Source of the DNA: a virus
Strand: one strand, 5' to 3'
Length of the DNA stretch: 64,000 nucleotides
IMG/VR virus record: IMGVR_UViG_3300008113_000033
Span: 8,943 to 72,942 of that record
Shown: positions 62,607-64,000 of the stretch, piece by piece
Position numbering within the stretch: the first letter of the stretch is position 1
Layout: each line of letters opens with the position of its first letter
Made by a program: the position numbers and the translations under genes
Notes under the pieces: generated by a model
Databases searched by the model: none
Told to the model about the DNA's origin: nothing
The model's input: the letters and a program-made list of their open reading frames with translations, nothing else

Positions 62607-63148
62607 ATTTTGAAATCTGGGATTCAAATGACGATGTAGTAATACCATCTGGAATACATGCAGTAAATGATATGTCTGCTGAAATTTACTTTGCATTCCC
62701 AACAACTGGAGTTGCAATAGCTAGTTTTTCAGGTATAAATGGAGCTCCAAATGCTACAACAGCATCATATGCTGTAACATCAACAACATCATCATATGGT
62801 AATAATTTTATAGTAGGAAATACACTTACGATTGACCAAACATTAACTGATTACCATATAGTGCCATCAAGTGCTGCAGGTAGCAATAATATGTTTAACA
62901 GAGCAACTGGATCTTACTCGTCTGCATTCTTTAAATACACAGTAGCAAATGGAGCAAATGCTAGATCAGGAGAAATAATGGCTGTATTTGCTGGTGGAGC
63001 AATTCAATTCACTGACAATTCAACATTAGATATTGGTGATACTTCAGATGTAACTGCAGCAGTAGCGATTGCAGGAAGTTCAGTTCAATTCAATATTAAT
63101 ACTGCAACTTCTGGATGGAAGTTAAAATCATTAGCAACATTCATATAA
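62603..63148 (+). CDS. C-terminal portion of the fibre gene in the -1 frame (ORF-track start 62672)
   Basis: Frame reads LNFEIWDSNDDVVIPSGIHAVNDMSAEIYF from 62603, matching the preceding LLQVYDSNNYQIIPSEIFGSDPNQALIYF. Confidence 0.65.
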   Translation, partial: LNFEIWDSNDDVVIPSGIHAVNDMSAEIYFAFPTTGVAIASFSGINGAPNATTASYAVTSTTSSYGNNFIVGNTLTIDQTLTDYHIVPSSAAGSNNMFNRATGSYSSAFFKYTVANGANARSGEIMAVFAGGAIQFTDNSTLDIGDTSDVTAAVAIAGSSVQFNINTATSGWKLKSLATFI

Positions 63149-63201
63149 TTGAAATATTTATAAATAAAGCATAAATAATAATTCTAAAACAACAACAATA
63201 A

Positions 63202-64000
63202 ATGTTAATACATAGCGCCGTAATTACAGGTTCAGTTCAATTAAATAACACGGATGTATCCGGTATTGTCAACGTAGCCGGTTTTGCATCAACTGGATCA
63301 AATCAATTTAAAGGTCTGCAAACAATATCTGGCAGTTTAAATGTTACAGGCTCAATAAATACCACTCAAGGATTTACTGGATCATTCACTGGTAGTTTAA
63401 CAGGAACAGCTACTAATGCAACATCTGCTTCATATGCAGTATCTGCATCCCACGTTATAGGAGGAGTAGATCCATTCCCATATACCGGTTCAGCAGTTGT
63501 AACAGGTAGCTTAGCAGTAACAGGCTCAATAAATGCCACTCAAGGATTTACTGGATCATTCACTGGCAGTTTAACAGGAACAGCAACATCAGCTTCATAC
63601 GCAGTATCTGCCTCCCACGTTATAGGAGGAGTAGATCCATTCCCTTACACCGGCTCTGCAATCATATCCGGCTCACTTAATGTAATAGGAGACCTATTAC
63701 AAAATGGAGCAGCAATTGAAACTGATCCATTCCCATACACTGGTCAAGCCAACATAAATGGAGGTTTAGGAGTAACAGGTAGTATAGGATTTACATATGA
63801 AGAAGTTGGTCCGTCAGCCTGGTCAGCAGGTGGAGCTTTAATAACTGGAAGACGTAATTTAGCAGGAGCAGGAACACAAAACGCAGGACTCGCTTTTGGT
63901 GGTGGGTTGGCTGACTTCCCCCAAACAGCATTTTCATGTACAGAAGAATATAATGGTACATCATGGTCTGCAGGTGGAGCTTTACCAACTGTAAGACTGC
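63202..64000 (+). CDS. fibre-like protein with Kelch-like repeats (partial, runs off the window; not in the ORF track)
   Basis: ATG 63202 is open to the window end: MLIHSAVITGS.., duplicated GFTGSFTGSLTGTA..HVIGGVDPFPYTGSA, then WSAGGAL..R..LAGAGTQNAGLAFGG..TEEYNGTSWSAGGAL. Confidence 0.85.
   Translation, partial: MLIHSAVITGSVQLNNTDVSGIVNVAGFASTGSNQFKGLQTISGSLNVTGSINTTQGFTGSFTGSLTGTATNATSASYAVSASHVIGGVDPFPYTGSAVVTGSLAVTGSINATQGFTGSFTGSLTGTATSASYAVSASHVIGGVDPFPYTGSAIISGSLNVIGDLLQNGAAIETDPFPYTGQANINGGLGVTGSIGFTYEEVGPSAWSAGGALITGRRNLAGAGTQNAGLAFGGGLADFPQTAFSCTEEYNGTSWSAGGALPTVRL

Larger units (their letters stand above)
976..63161 (+). promoter_or_regulatory. recurrent ATATTTAT late-promoter-like motif (17 intergenic copies)
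   Basis: Copies start at 976, 3438, 6265, 14716, 25004, 27523, 30253, 37035, 37907, 38937, 41543, 43423, 46678, 49631, 50375, 53882 and 63154, each shortly before a start codon. Confidence 0.75.

Noticed and set aside
972-63988. Minus-strand and alternate-frame ORFs in the track (e.g. 18393-18764, 31340-31786, 46904-47389, 23149-23373)
   Set aside because: They overlap well-supported plus-strand genes and are shadows of biased or repetitive codon use
1-64000. Stop-codon reassignment
   Set aside because: Core genes are full length and tightly packed in the standard code, and TAA, TGA and TAG all end genes

Overview
A 64-kb, strongly AT-rich, almost entirely plus-strand segment of a large T4-like (myovirus-type) bacteriophage genome, read in the standard genetic code. 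In order it carries: a GC-rich structured non-coding island; a few regulatory genes (T5orf172, HD hydrolase, a phage sigma factor); a baseplate module (gp5-, gp25- and gp6-like) containing three Pro/Thr-repeat, adhesin-like genes; a GIY-YIG nuclease, primase and exonuclease; an accessory block of enzymes and small proteins; a lipase and the terminase; portal, prohead protease, scaffold and major capsid protein; PhoH; neck and tail-completion genes; and very long Ser/Gly/Ala-rich fibre genes. A Bacteroidetes host is inferred from TTTG-N19-TAnnTTTA promoter-like motifs, A-rich start regions without obvious Shine-Dalgarno sites, and SprB-like repeats. The main observations are: (1) a set of proteins and enzyme fusions with shared N-terminal leaders and L/I/M/V-x-E junctions, suggesting capsid-packaged cargo processed by the prohead protease; (2) a multi-hairpin/pseudoknot GC island at 70-290 faced by an antisense promoter; (3) an ATATTTAT late-promoter-like motif in 17 intergenic gaps; (4) a baseplate gene apparently split by a mucin-like cassette; (5) a pseudoknot overlapping a terminator upstream of an FAD oxidoreductase; (6) a deletion or frameshift splitting the largest fibre gene. 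All family assignments come from motif recognition by eye; no database searches were run.
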